From Squalus acanthias (Eukaryota), in the NCBI GenBank assembly GCA_030390025.1, contig CM059431.1, positions 132,620,001 to 132,684,000 of the forward strand: a stretch of 64,000 nucleotides of DNA. Direction: 5' to 3'. The translations under genes were made by a program, and so were the position numbers. The notes below the pieces were generated by a model. The model was not told the origin of the DNA and made no database searches. It saw only the letters and a list, made by a program, of their open reading frames with translations. Numbering within the stretch: position 1 is the first letter of the stretch; each line of letters begins with the position of its first letter. This document shows, piece after piece, positions 28,325-40,620 of the stretch.

Positions 28325-28415
28325 CAACATGAGTCTGAGCTGCAAAATGTAGAACTATGTTAATTTTTTCAGTTCCAAACAATAGCTTCACAAAATGTTC
28401 ATCACAAATATCACC
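28325..28415 (-). CDS. TGDS: TGDS exon 4
   Basis: [30 protein letters not shown]; 91 nt; AG acceptor, GTAAGG donor. Confidence 0.95.
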
Positions 28416-28865
28416 CTATGAATAAAAAGATCATATCACTGCAATTATACATTAACATGCTTAATAAGTCACTGAGCACCACAATTATGTTTTATTAAAT
28501 TCACTATTTAAAAAAATAGTAATTTTAAAAAGTCCCAATGATTATTCCAACAAGGAAATAAACACAGAAAATCCACCAAGTCCTAACCCATGAAAGATCA
28601 GAGAAAATAAAGTATGTGGGACCTATACTTTTATAACTGTTGTTGGTGTTGAGCTTGTGTCATGCAGCCATGGAGAGTGATCAGCAGAAAAATAATATTC
28701 TATTATTTCAAGCCACATCACTTATTTTTTATATGGATGTAAAAGATTCCATGGCACTATTCAAAGACGAGAAGGGAGTGCTGGTGTTCTGGCAAACATT
28801 CATCCCTCATCCTCCACTACCACCAAAACAACTAAATTATTTTTATTAAAGTAGTTAAAGAAACA

Positions 28866-29596
28866 GGGCCAAAAATTCATCCCGGTGCGCGAGTGCGTAC
28901 TCTCGCGTATTCCCTCTGCAATTGCCGGTTTTCTGCATGCCCTGCGCATGCGCTGAAAACCGGCAATTGCTCTTTTGAAAAGGGGGCGGTTCCTCGGTGC
29001 ATCGCGTGCGCGCTACAGGCTGCGCGCACGCTGTGCACTTCATGCTTTGGACGCGCAGGTAAGTACTGAAGATTTTAGAAATGGGAAAAGGAGTAAGACC
29101 CACTTTTAACAAGGTAAGTAGTGAATTAAGTATTTTTTTGAATTTTTTTTAACAGGTATATCTTTTTTAGAGACTTTAAAGACAGGTAAGTTTATTTTTA
29201 TAACTTTTTAAAAGATTTTAAATTTTTTCAAAAATTTAATTTTTTATTTAAAATGGTTAATTTATTTAACTATACTTATTTTATTAATGTGATGGTTTTT
29301 TTTTAAATTTAATTGAGGTTTAGCTGTTATTTTGGGGGGGTGTAAGATTCATAGATTTCACAGCACGTATGTGAAACTTATGAATGGAAGATGGTGTGCT
29401 GCCATTGGCTCTAACTGAGTCACGTGATCCCACAGCTCGCACGAATTCACTACGCCGCTGGGATACGCAAGCACTGCCCAGCTGATGTCTGGAACATCAA
29501 GTTCGTGCGAGCTGGATCTGAAAAAGCACAAGCGGAGTGAGAGATCGCGGGGAAGGCTTACCCCCGCGGGAACAGAGCGAGATCAATTTCTGGGCC
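28866..29596. mobile_element. Harbinger-type MITE
   Basis: Inverted ends ggccaaaaatt / aatttctgggcc; GC-rich arms around an AT-rich core. Confidence 0.65.
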
Positions 29597-29639
29597 ATAG
29601 ATTTTTTTGCAATCACATTTCAGTCTTGTTTGCCCGTTT

Positions 29640-29875
29640 GAGTGGACGTAAAAGATCTCATGGCACATTCTGAGAAGCAGAATTTTATGGTGCCCTGGCC
29701 AACCTTCATCCCTCAACCAATACCACCAAAACAGATTAACTGGTCATTTATCTCACTTGTTGTTTGTAGGATCTTGCTGTGTGCAAATTGGTCACTATGT
29801 TTGCCTACAAAACAGTGGCTACACTTCAAAAGTTATTCATTGGCTGTAGGTGCTATATAAATACGTTATTTCTTT
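29640..29875 (+). mobile_element. DeuSINE-like SINE 3' part
   Basis: Similar to 7440-7700 (gtaaaagat, ctggcc...atccctcaacc, gctatataaat). Confidence 0.65.
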
Positions 29876-30611
29876 CTAACTATACTGCCAATCTGGTCAC
29901 TAATGCTGGATTTGTATTAGTGTTGCTGCTAGAGGCAGCCTTGACTTTGGCAGCAATGCTATAATATAGTGGTAGCACTTGTACTTCCTGTAGCACACTT
30001 ACTTACAGGATGGTTATTCCCCACACGATGGCAGCAACACAACAATCAATCTGACATTTTTCAAGACTGTAATTGGACTATGCTCTCAACCTATCGGTAA
30101 GGCAGCAATGTAAAAATCACATTACTGGTCTGTATGAATGCCCTGCACCTCCCTTGAAGAAGCTTAATCATTTCCCAGTTGCCACTGGTGATCTGAAATT
30201 TGTCCAACAATGTAAATGAAGTGCATTCCAGAGCAGTGGCAGCCTCGTCAGATTGTTCTAATAATTAGAATGTGACATCATCGATATTTAAATACTACAA
30301 AGGAAATTACATCATCGCATATGATACTGGTGTGCCTTGTTGCCAGGCTGACTGATACAGAAAATCTGACCCCTGGCAGTGTACTACTGACTATGTGCAC
30401 TTCTCTGTGGTTAAAGGCAGTGAGTGTTGCTCTTTGGGATCTGTAAAGAAGCATTTTCCCCAATGTAGTACCCATTTTATAAATCAAAGTTATAAAGAAC
30501 CTATTTTTTTGGTCTGGTCTCCCTCAAAACTTTTAAACTGATAATTAACTCCCTTTGCACTATCAGTAGATAGCTTCAGTTATCTTAATGATTTGGTAAT
30601 GATTCAAATAC

Positions 30612-30680
30612 CTGTATAAATCTGTAGTTTGTTCTGCTAGAAACTGATTGCAAGTTCTTTAAGCTTGCACAATAATCAAG
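30612..30680 (-). CDS. TGDS: TGDS exon 3
   Basis: LDYCASLKNLQSVSSRTNYRFIQ; 69 nt; cctacAG acceptor, GTATTT donor. Confidence 0.95.
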
Positions 30681-30831
30681 CTGTAGGAGGAAAACAAGAG
30701 TAATGTGATAAAAAGCCTGCACAATAAATCAAGCTGTAGGAGGAAAAAAAAGTAATGATATAAAAAAATTAAATCAAATACTATAATTCATATATTACTA
30801 GGTTCATTATAACTTTCACAGCCCATAAAAC

Positions 30832-31862
30832 TTTTTTTTTTATTAGTTCCTGGGATGTGGGCGTCGCTGGCAAGGCCAGCATTTATTGCCCATCCCTAAT
30901 TGCCCTTGAGAAGGTGGTGGTGAGCCACCTTCTTGAACCGCTGCAGTCCGTGTGGTGAAGGTACTCCCACAGTGCTGTTAAGGAGGGAGTTTGACCCAGC
31001 GACGATGAAGAATCGGCGATATACTTCCAAGTCAGGATGGTGTGTGACTTGGAGGGGAACTTGGAGGTGGTGGTGTTCCCATGCGCCTGCTGCCCTTGTC
31101 CTTCTAGGTGGTAGAGGTCGAGGGTTTGGGAGGTGCTGCCGAAGAAGCCTTGGCGAGTTGCTGCAGTGCATCTTGTAGATGGTACACACTGCAGCCATGG
31201 TACGCCGGTGGTGGAGAGAGTGAATATTTAATGTGGTGGATGGGGTGCCAATCAAGCGGGCTGCTGTGTCATGGATGGAGTCGAGCTTCTTAAGTGTTGT
31301 TGGAGCTACACTCATCCAGGCAAGTGGAGAGTATTCCATCACACTCCTGACTTGTGCCTTGTAGATGGTGGAAAGGCTTTGGGGAGTCAGGAGGCGAGAC
31401 ACTCGCCGCAGAATACCCAGCCTCTGACCTGCTCTTGTTGCCACAGTATTCATGTGGCTGGTCCAGTTAAGTTTCTGGTCAATGATGACCCCCAGGATAT
31501 TAATGGTGGGGGATTCGGCGATGGTAATGCCGTCGAATGTCATGGGGCGGTGGTTAGACGCTTGCTTGTTGGAGATAGTCATTGCCTGGCACTTGTGTGG
31601 CGCGTATATTACCTGCCACTTATCAGCCCAAGCCTGAATGTCGTCTAGGTCTTGCTGCATGTGAGCATGGACTGCTTCATTATCTGAGGAGTTGCGAATG
31701 GCACTGAACACTGTGCAGTCATCAGCAAACATCCCCACTTCTGACCTTATGATGGAGGGAAGGTCATTGATGAAGCCCTGAGGAACTCCTGCAGTGATGT
31801 CCTGGGGCTGTGATGATTGACCTCCAACCACCACAACCATCTTCCTTTGTGCTAGGTATGAC
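30832..31862 (-). mobile_element. CR1/L2-group LINE (second family), 5'-truncated, in TGDS intron 2
   Basis: AGVPQG, MFADDCTVF, QAWADKWQV motifs; poly-A tail at 30832-30844. Confidence 0.9.
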
Positions 31863-31887
31863 AACTTCAGTGTTTTAGCAGACTCAC

Positions 31888-31954
31888 CTTGTCCAAGTTT
31901 ATGATCAAATAGTCTGGATATCTTTCCAGGAGACAAATAATCACATGCGAGGCA
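31888..31954 (-). CDS. TGDS: TGDS exon 2
   Basis: ASHVIICLLERYPDYLIINLDK; 67 nt; AG acceptor, GTGAGT donor; phase fits exon 1. Confidence 0.95.
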
Positions 31955-32289
31955 CTTCAAAGAAAAAACACATTGGATTACTTGGTTAGTAAGAGTTTCT
32001 TATCCTCTGAAAATAGTGCTATAAAATCCAAGTTACCCGAGACCTGTATATATCCATCACTCTGCCAGGTTAAAGGTTTAGTAACAAAGATATTTGGAGG
32101 ACACAAAAACATTCAATACAGACAAATCAACTGGTATCTGGTTTTGAAACCTAGTGCTCATCAGGAGTGCAAGAACTGAGTGCAGCAAGGTCCTTAAACA
32201 CTTTAGTCAACGATATTTTATTCAACTTGGAGATTTCATACAGCTAAATGATTTATGACATTTTTATTTGGGCCACAAATTCAAATGAA

Positions 32290-32665
32290 GAACCTTCATT
32301 CATATTGCACTTTACCTTGTTCTCAAGATGTCCCAAAACACTTCACAGCTTTTGAAGGATAGTAAATATTAGGTGGGCAAATGTGGCAGCCAATTTGTGC
32401 ACACTAAGATTCCACAAACCGCAAATAAGATGAATGACCAGCTAATCAGTTTGTCATTTGAGAAAAGGGATATTTATCAGGAAACTAAAAGAACCCCTTG
32501 CTCTTCTTCGAATAATACCATAAGATCTTTTATATCCACTGAACAAGCAGACTGGGCCTCGGTTTAATGTCTCATCTGAAACACTGCACTGAAGTGTCAA
32601 TCTAGATTATGGAGTCAAGTCCTGGAGTGGGGTTTGAACCCACGACCTTCTGACTCAGAAGTGGA
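32290..32665 (-). mobile_element. DeuSINE-like SINE
   Basis: Reverse-complement similarity to 7249-7705, including the B-box ggttcaaacccc. Confidence 0.65.
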
Positions 32666-32973
32666 AGGTCTACAAAATAAACAAAGCAGATATTTTAGGG
32701 ATTGAATTTTGGAGGGAACTTGCATCTGCAGTTTTTCTTGCTGAAAACAGGATGTGCTTGTTAATGTCATCCTTCTCAGATTAAGATATATTCTCCAAAC
32801 TACCACTGCTTTGCAATGAAAGCAGATGTTGGATAGGTTCTACACTGGATTTTGCAGTATGCACAGCTTCAAACGGTATTTTAACTTTATTCTTTTAGTC
32901 AATATCAGAAGGAGAGAAATAGATGTCAAATAGAAAATGCATACAGTCAAATAAAATCACTTGCAAATCATAT

Positions 32974-33517
32974 CGGGCCTGAATTTGCGGTCAGGGGCTT
33001 CCCACAGGCGGATGTCTCCGACCGGCAAAAAATCTATGAACCTACCTTATGGTCCTGGATCCAAGAAGACTCGCGCTCCTGGGCCTCTATGCGTAGACAT
33101 GCGCAGAGGCCCATGTATCCCAGGGGCGCAACAAATAATTTTTTTAAAATACATATTTAAAATTAATAAAAATGCCATTTAATTATTTAAAACAAAAATT
33201 TAATTTTTGAAAATAAATTTAAATGTTTTAATGGGGCTAAAAATAACCTTGCCTTATTGCACAGGTTTTTTAATGTTGAAATGATTGAAAAAAACATTTT
33301 ATGTTCATTTACCTGGCGTAAGAATTTCACGGGCATTCGCTGGGCAACTCTCCACCCGCAAATGCCCTTTTCCCGGAGATGCGGATGATGTCAAGAACAT
33401 TCTTGACAGGTCGCAAGTTCTGGGTTTTCGGCATGCGCTTTGCGTGCGAAAACTCGGAACTTGCGCGGACCTTAAGCACCTCGTATGCACCCGTAGGGGC
33501 CGCAAAATATGGACCAA
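32974..33517. mobile_element. Harbinger-type MITE
   Basis: Ends gggcctgaatttgcgg / ccgcaaaatatggacc; TAT on both flanks. Confidence 0.65.
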
Positions 33518-34271
33518 TATTTCATCAAGGTGCAGTGGCTTATTTTATCAGATCAATATGCAACATTAAACTTCATGTGCAAATTCTTCTAGTTTGTGGT
33601 TATGTTCTTCTTCTAAAAAAAACCTTTACTATATAAATAGGTGTCTGAGCTGCAAAGTGAGGAATTATTCTATGTGGAATATATTGGGTGGAGGGAAAAG
33701 GTAGAGAGAATAAGAGACATTCTACCACAACATGAGGAAAACAATTTCCTGTGCAATTTCAGAAGGGAAGAAATGTGGCTGAAATTTGTCCTAGTAGAGG
33801 ATGAAAGTAAATAAAAGGTCATAAAAAGGCAGCTTTTTAAAATGGATTGGGATGAAGTGGAAAAAGAGTAACATGTGATACACTTATTTACCCCCAACTC
33901 TAAATTCTTAAGGTGTTCAGACATGCTGTTTCCCAGCAAATTGTGGAAATTATTATTTTGATTACAAGCTTAAGTTTAAAAACAATTCTTAGATTTTCCA
34001 AACCCTGTGTAATCTCTGAAAATAATGGTGGTACCCAGTGACCAGAATGACAGCTGGGGGAACTGGTTAAATTCAAAGAAACAGGAACCTGCCAACTTTG
34101 AGTTGCAATACATCAATGATACTCTAATATATCAGGAAAACAATGAGATCCCCAAGATGCCAGTAAAGTTCACGGAGTCATAAATCCGTAGTAATGAAAA
34201 AAAATCTCAATTATTACAAGAGCTTGATGCAAGAGGTAGAAATGCTACCAACTGAGCTATGCTGATGCAAA

Positions 34272-34680
34272 GTGTCAACATGGTTGAGTTGGTAGCACTT
34301 TAGCCTCTTGCGTCAGAAGGTTGACAGTTTAAGCCCCATTCCAGGACCTGGACACACTATCTGGGCTGACACTTCAGTACACTACTGAAAGAGTGTTGCA
34401 TTGTTGGAGAGATGCTGCCCTTTGGATGAGAAGTTAAACCAAGGCCCTTACCTGTCCATTCAGGTGAATGAAAAGGAATCCATATCATTATACAAAGAGG
34501 AGCAGGGACCTGGCCAACATTCTTCCCTTTAACCAACATTGTGGAAAAAATAGATTAACTGGCCATTAATCTCGGTTGCTGTCTGTGGCATTTTGTCGTA
34601 TACAAATCTGCTACTGTTTGTTCACATAAGTAACTACATTTCAAAAGAAATTAATTGATTGTGAAGTGCTTTTGGGCACA
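34272..34680 (+). mobile_element. DeuSINE-like SINE, diverged
   Basis: Collinear similarity to 7249-7705. Confidence 0.65.
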
Positions 34681-35134
34681 ATACGATGCTAAAGGCAATT
34701 TGGGGATGTCTGGGCTTTTTCCTTGAGGAAATGTGTCACACTTTCCTCCTCCACTTCTTCCCACTATTCCTTTTGATTTGGGGAAATCAAATGTCCTATT
34801 TAACCTTCCTACGCACCAGGTGATTAGATAATAGAATAGATACTGTAAACTAATTTGTACAATCTCTATGTTTCACTCGTCGTCAAAGACAATGAGTGAC
34901 AGTCATTAGGTTATTCATATAAAATTGATGATGGGTATTCTACAAGCTATTGTTGGCTACAAAAAAGTTAATAGAAACTAATAACTTTGGTTTAAAAGAG
35001 GAAAAAGGCAGACAATTATGCTGGAGATTTTTTTTTTATAGCAATAACATTATGAGGTTGCCAAAATTATCAAATCATATTGAGTGATTAAGAACACAAG
35101 AGTGGTTTCTTATTAACTGACCCCCTGGACACTC

Positions 35135-36830
35135 ACACCAGACCCATGCCCAGCACCGTGTCGTTCACCATACCACACCTGACCCCTGCCCACTCCCGTG
35201 TCGCTCGCCACACCAGACCCCTGCCCAGCACCGTGTCGCTCGCCAGACCCCTGCCCAGCACCGTGTCGCTCATCACACCAGACCCCTGCCCAGCACCGTG
35301 TCGCTCATCACACCAGACCCCTGCCCAGCACCGTGTCGCTCGCCAGACCCATGCCCAGCACCGTGTCGCTCATCACACCAGACCCCTGCCCAGCACCGTG
35401 TCGCTCATCACACCAGACCCCTGCCCAGCACCGTGTCGCTCATCACACCCGACCCATGCCCAGCACCGTGTCGCTCATCACACCAGACCCCTGCCCAGCA
35501 CCGTGTCGCTCATCACACCCGACCCATGCCCAGCACCGTGTCGCTTATCACACCAGACCCCTGCCCAGCACCGTGTCTCTCGCCAGACCAGACCCCTGCC
35601 CAGCACCGTGTCGCTCACCACACCAGACCCCTGCCCAGCACCGTGTTGCTCACCAGACCAGACCCCTGCCCAGCACCGTGTCGCTCATCACACCAGACCC
35701 CTGCCCAGCACCGTGTCGCTCGCCACACCAGACCCCTGCCCAGCACCGTGTCGCTCACCACACCAGACCAGACCCCTGCCCAGCACCGTGTCGTTCACCA
35801 GACCAGACCCCTGCCCAGCACCGTGTCGCTCACCACACCAGACCCCTGCCCAGCACCGTGTCGCTCACCAGACCCCTGCCCAGCACCGTGTCGTTCACCA
35901 GACCAGACCCCTGCCCAGCACTGTGTCGCTCGCCACACCAGACCCCTGCCCAGCACCGTGTCGCTCACCAGACCCCTGCCCAGCACCGTGTCGCTCACCA
36001 TACCACACCAGACCCCTGCCCAGTACCGTGTCGCTCACCACACCAGACCCCTGCCCAGCACCGTGTCGCTTGCCACACCAGACCCCTGCCCAGCACCGTG
36101 TCGCTCACCAGACCCCTGCCCAGCACCGTGTCGTTCACCAGACCCCTGCCCAGCACCGTGTCGTTCACCAGACCCCTGCCCAGCACCGTGTCGTTCACCA
36201 GACCCCTGCCCAGCACCGTGTCGCTCGCCACACCAGACCCCTGCCCAGCACCGTGTCGCTCGCCACACCAGACCCCTGCCCACACCCAGCACTGTGTCGT
36301 TCACCATACCACACCAGACCCCTGCCCAGCACCGTGTCGCTCACCAGATTCCTGCCCAGCACCGTGTCGCTCGCCACACCAGACCCCTGCCCAGCACCGT
36401 GTCGCTCGCCACACCAGACCCCTGCCCACACCCAGCACCGTGTCACTCACCATACCACACTAGACCCCTGCCCAGCACCGTGTCGCTCACCACACCAGAC
36501 CCCTGCCCAGCACCGTGTCGCTCACCACACCAGACCCATGCCCAGCACCGTGTCGCTCGCCACACCAGACCCCTGCCCAGCACCGTGTCGCTCACCACAC
36601 CAGACCCCTGCCCAGCACCGTGTCGCTCACCACACCAGACCCCTGCCCAGCACCGTGTCGCTCACCACACCAGACCCCTGCCCAGCACCGTGTCGCTCAC
36701 CACACCAGACCCCTGCCCAGCACCGTGTCGCTCACCACACCAGACCCCTGCCCAGCACCGTGTCGCTCACCAGACCCCTGCCCAGCACCGTGTCGCTCAC
36801 CACACCAGACCCCTGCCCACTCCCAGCACT
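35135..36830. repeat. GC-rich minisatellite, 30-40 bp variant units, roughly 50 copies
   Basis: Core accagacccctgcccagcaccgtgtcgctc plus optional 5-mers (accac, atcac, gccac, accag, accat). Confidence 0.97.
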
Positions 36831-36851
36831 ATCTCCCCTCCGTCGACCTAC

Positions 36852-36937
36852 ATGAAGCCGGCGCCGCCGGTGACGAGCAGCCGCTTGTCAAACGCCGCTC
36901 GCGCAGCCGCCACCTCCCAACCGCTTCCTTCAGACAT
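36852..36937 (-). CDS. TGDS: TGDS (dTDP-D-glucose 4,6-dehydratase-like) coding exon 1
   Basis: ATG at 36937; MSEGSGWEVAAARAAFDKRLLVTGGAGF(I) with Rossmann GxxGxx motif; 86 nt; donor GTAGGT. Confidence 0.95.
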
Positions 36938-37404
36938 CTTCACTCGCTGCTTTCCGACGTCGTAAAGCACACACGTTTACAATTCTTTCAAAAGTTAAAC
37001 CTCGGTCCAACCCAACTACAAACTCATTTTTTTACGGTTGAAAATGACAGATTCAACAATTAAAACGGCTCGTGGCATTGCAATGTATTTAATTCCTGCA
37101 TTTTCTGGATGTATATATTTGTTTATCTTTACGACCATTATTTTTCAACCACTTTATGGTTCCGTTTGACACGTAGCAACCGCCGGCGAAGCCGTTCATC
37201 AGAAGATGATCAAAGTGGAGGAGGGGGCCCCGGCCGATGCCGATTGGTTATGATTTCGGCAGAGTGTCGGTATCTGGAGTGAGGAATGGTTATCCTGGGT
37301 GTCAATCACCCGCAGTATCAGGTTAGAGCGAGGTGCAGGACTTTTCCCGCAATAGATGAGCTGCAGGAGCTGGAGAGTTTGGGCTTTTAGTAACCGCTGA
37401 AACA
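36938..37404. promoter_or_regulatory. Bidirectional promoter and 5'UTRs shared by TGDS and GPR180
   Basis: 467 bp between divergent ATGs; CpG-enriched; inverted CCAAT (gattgg) near 37242; same head-to-head layout as mammalian TGDS/GPR180. Confidence 0.75.
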
Positions 37405-37543
37405 ATGGCCCTTTTATTCCTTCTGGCCACTTTTGCGGAACTGGTGTTGCTGATTTGCGAGGGGAAAACAGTGAATGGATTTTTCAGTAGTGATCTCGCG
37501 AGACAGAGTGGAGGGCAGCAAGTTGCTAAATTTCTGTTTCATG
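37405..37543 (+). CDS. GPR180: GPR180 coding exon 1
   Basis: MALLFLLATFAELVLLICEGKTVNGFFSSDLARQSGGQQVAKFLFH(G): signal peptide, then similarity to human GKTLRGSFSS...GQRIGHFEFHG; phase-1 donor GTAGGT; adjacent to TGDS as in mammals. Confidence 0.88.
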
Positions 37544-37897
37544 GTAGGTGCTGATTAATTTTTAAGGATTTATCTATCCAGTACCTTCAGTTAGCAACAT
37601 CTCTTTTGCAATGACTACATTTTAAAGCATCCACAATAATCCAATTTTAGTAGTGCTAAGTTATCTTGTGAAAGCGCACATACTGCCATAGCTCAGCGGC
37701 AGTATAAATGCAAGATGTAAAGATGTCAAAGGTTAGTTGACACGTGGCTAAAGGTTAGGGGCAATTTGCTTTAACGGCATTATAACTGAAGTTCAAATGT
37801 CAATGCATTTATTATCAGTTTTACCCTGAACAATCCAATAGGCCTAATGAAAATATGGGAATTTTATCATGCATTAAACAAAGCATAAAAAAACTTT

Positions 37898-40620
37898 AGA
37901 ATCATAGAATGATACAATACAGAATGAGGCCATTTGGCCCATCGTGCCTGTGCCGGCTCTTTGGTAGACCTATCCAATTAATTCCACTCCCCTGCTCTTT
38001 CCCCATAGCTCTGTAATTTTTTTTCCTTCAAGTATTTATCCAATTCTCTTTTGAAAGTTACTATTGAAACTGCTTCCACCGCCCTTTCAGGCAGTGCATT
38101 CCAGATCACAACAACTCACTGTAAAAAAAAAAGTTTCCTCATGTCTCCTCTGGTTCTTTTGCCAATCACCTTAAATTGGTGCCATGGTTACTGACCCTTG
38201 TGCCACAGGAAACAGTTTTTCTTTATTTACTCTATCAAAACCATTCATGATTTTGAACACCTCTATCAAATCTCTACTTAACCTTTTCTTCTCTGAGGAG
38301 AACAACCCCAGTTTCTCAAAAACTGAAGTCCCTCATCTCTTGTACCATTTTAATAAATCTCTTCTGCACCCTCTCCAAGGCCTTGACATCGTTCCTAAAG
38401 TGTGGTGCTCAGCATTGAACACAATACTCCAGCTGAGGCCTGTTTTATAAAAGTTTAGCATAACTTCCTTGCTTTTGTACTATATTCCTTTATTAATAAA
38501 GCCACGATCCCATATGCTTTTTAAACAGCCTTCTCAACTTGTCCTGCTGCCTTCAAAGATTTGTGTACATACACCCTCGGGTCTCCCTGTTCCTGCACCC
38601 CCTGTAAAAAAAGAGCCTAGGGAACACCACTGTATACCTCCCTCCAGTCTGGAAAAACAACTATTCACCACTACTCTCTGCCCCTTAACCAATGTTGTAT
38701 CCAAGCTGTCATGTACCCTTTAATCCCATGGGCTTTAATTTTGCTAACAAGTCTGTTATGTGGTACTTTGTCAAACACCTTTTTGAAAGTCTATATACAC
38801 AACATCAACAGCACTACCCTCATCAACCCTCTCTGTTACTTCATCAATGAACTCAATTAAGCTAGTCAAACACAATTTGCCTTTAACAAATCGGTACTTA
38901 CTTTCCTTTATTAGCCCCTACTTTTCTAAATGTCAATTAATTTTGTCCTGGTTTATTGTCTCAAAGTTTCCCACCACTGATATTAGGCTGACTGGCCTAT
39001 AGTTGCCAGGTTTATTCTTCTCACCTTTCCATAAGTGGGGTGTAACATTTGCAGTCCTCAGGCACCATTCCCATATCCTTGGAAGATTGTGGCCAAAGCC
39101 TCTGCAATTTCCACCCTTACTTCCTCACTAACCTAGGATGCATCCCATCCGGACCGGGTGATTTTTCTACTTTGAGGACTGCCAATCTTTTAAGTACTTC
39201 CTCTTTATCTATTTTTATCCTATCCAATATCATTACTGCCTCCTCCTTTACTGCTACATTGGCAGAATCTTCTCTCGTGAAGACAGATGCAAAGTACTCA
39301 TTTAGTACCTCAGCCATGCCCTCTGCCTCCACAAGAATATCTCCTTTTTGGTCCATAATCGGCCTCACCCATCCTTTGACTACCCTTTTACTATTTATAT
39401 GTTTATAAAAGACCTTTGGGTTCCCTTTTATGTTGGTCGTTAACCTAATCTCATATTCTCCCTTTGCCCCTCTTCCCTTTTTTAGATCTTCTCTGTACTT
39501 TCTATATTCAGCTTGGTTCTCTACTGTATTATGAGCCCTACAAATGTCATAAGCCTCCTTTTTCTGTCTTATTTTAACCTCTATATCTTTAGTCATCTAG
39601 GGAGCTCTAGCTTTGGATGTCCTTCCTTTCCCCTCATAGGAATATCTACTCTGTACCTGAATCATTTCCTCTTTCAAGGCCTCCCATTGTTCAATTACTG
39701 TTTTGCCTACAACTGTTTGCTTCTAATCCACCTGGGCCAGAACCCTTTTCAACTTACTGAAGTTAGGCCTCTTCTAGTTAAGTATTTTTCTGCTTGATTG
39801 TACCTTGTCCTTTTTCATAACGATTCTAAACCTGATATTATGATCACCGTTCCCCAAATGCTCTTCCACTGAAACATGCTCCACTTGCCCCAATTCATTC
39901 CCCAGAACTCGATCCTGCACTGCTTACTTCCTTGTTGGGCTAGAAATACACTGCTTGAGAAAGTTCTCTTGTACACATTTCAGGAATTCCTCTGCCCCCC
40001 CCCCCCCCTCCTTTGTCTTTTACACTGTTACTATCCCAGTCTATATTAGGATAATTGAAGTCCCCTATTATCACTACTCTGTAGTTCTTACATCTTTCTG
40101 TAATTTGCCTGCAAATTTGCTTCTATTATCCTTCCTACTATTTGGTGGCCCATAGTATACACCCAGTAGTGTAATAGCTCCTCTATTGTTCCTGAATTCT
40201 AACCAAATAGACTGTCTTTGGCCCCTCAACTACATCATCCCTCTCCAGTGCTATAATAGTTCCTTTGATCAATACTGCCACCTGCCCACCTTTTTTCCTT
40301 CCCTATCCTTCCTGAATACCTTGTAGCCGGGAATATTAAGTTCCCAATCCTCCCCTTCTTTGAGCCAGGTCTCTGTTATTGCCACTGTATCATAGTCCAA
40401 TGTAGCGACTTGTGCCTGGAGCTCACCAACCTTATTTACAACGCTCTGTGCATTTACGTACATGCACTTCAAACTCATCTTCTCGAATGCTTCGCATTTG
40501 CTCCCTGTCTGATCCCTCCTATATCTGAGCTATTGTTTACTCTAGTGCTATTTTCCTCTCCCAGTCCTCTGAGCACCTTGTTTCTTCTCTCTAATATTTC
40601 ATCCTGGTGCCCATCCCCCT
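37898..40620 (-). mobile_element. CR1 LINE with endonuclease and RT remnants, internally deleted
   Basis: LKCMYVNAQSVVNK...AITETWL (APE domain); EVLNEYFASVFT...KSPGPDGMHPR; 3' tail at 37898. Confidence 0.92.

Noticed and set aside
30896..31960. 354-aa ORF as a TGDS-RT fusion gene
   Set aside because: Its start overlaps TGDS exon 2 in the wrong frame; TGDS-frame read-through stops 18 nt into the intron; the rest is a truncated LINE RT
35135..36830. CRISPR-like appearance of the repeat array
   Set aside because: No unique spacers, no cas genes, vertebrate context
35146..37063. Long ORFs (569, 421, 555 and 182 aa) in all three plus frames
   Set aside because: Produced by a stop-free minisatellite; all frames give the same rotating peptides; antisense to TGDS intron 1
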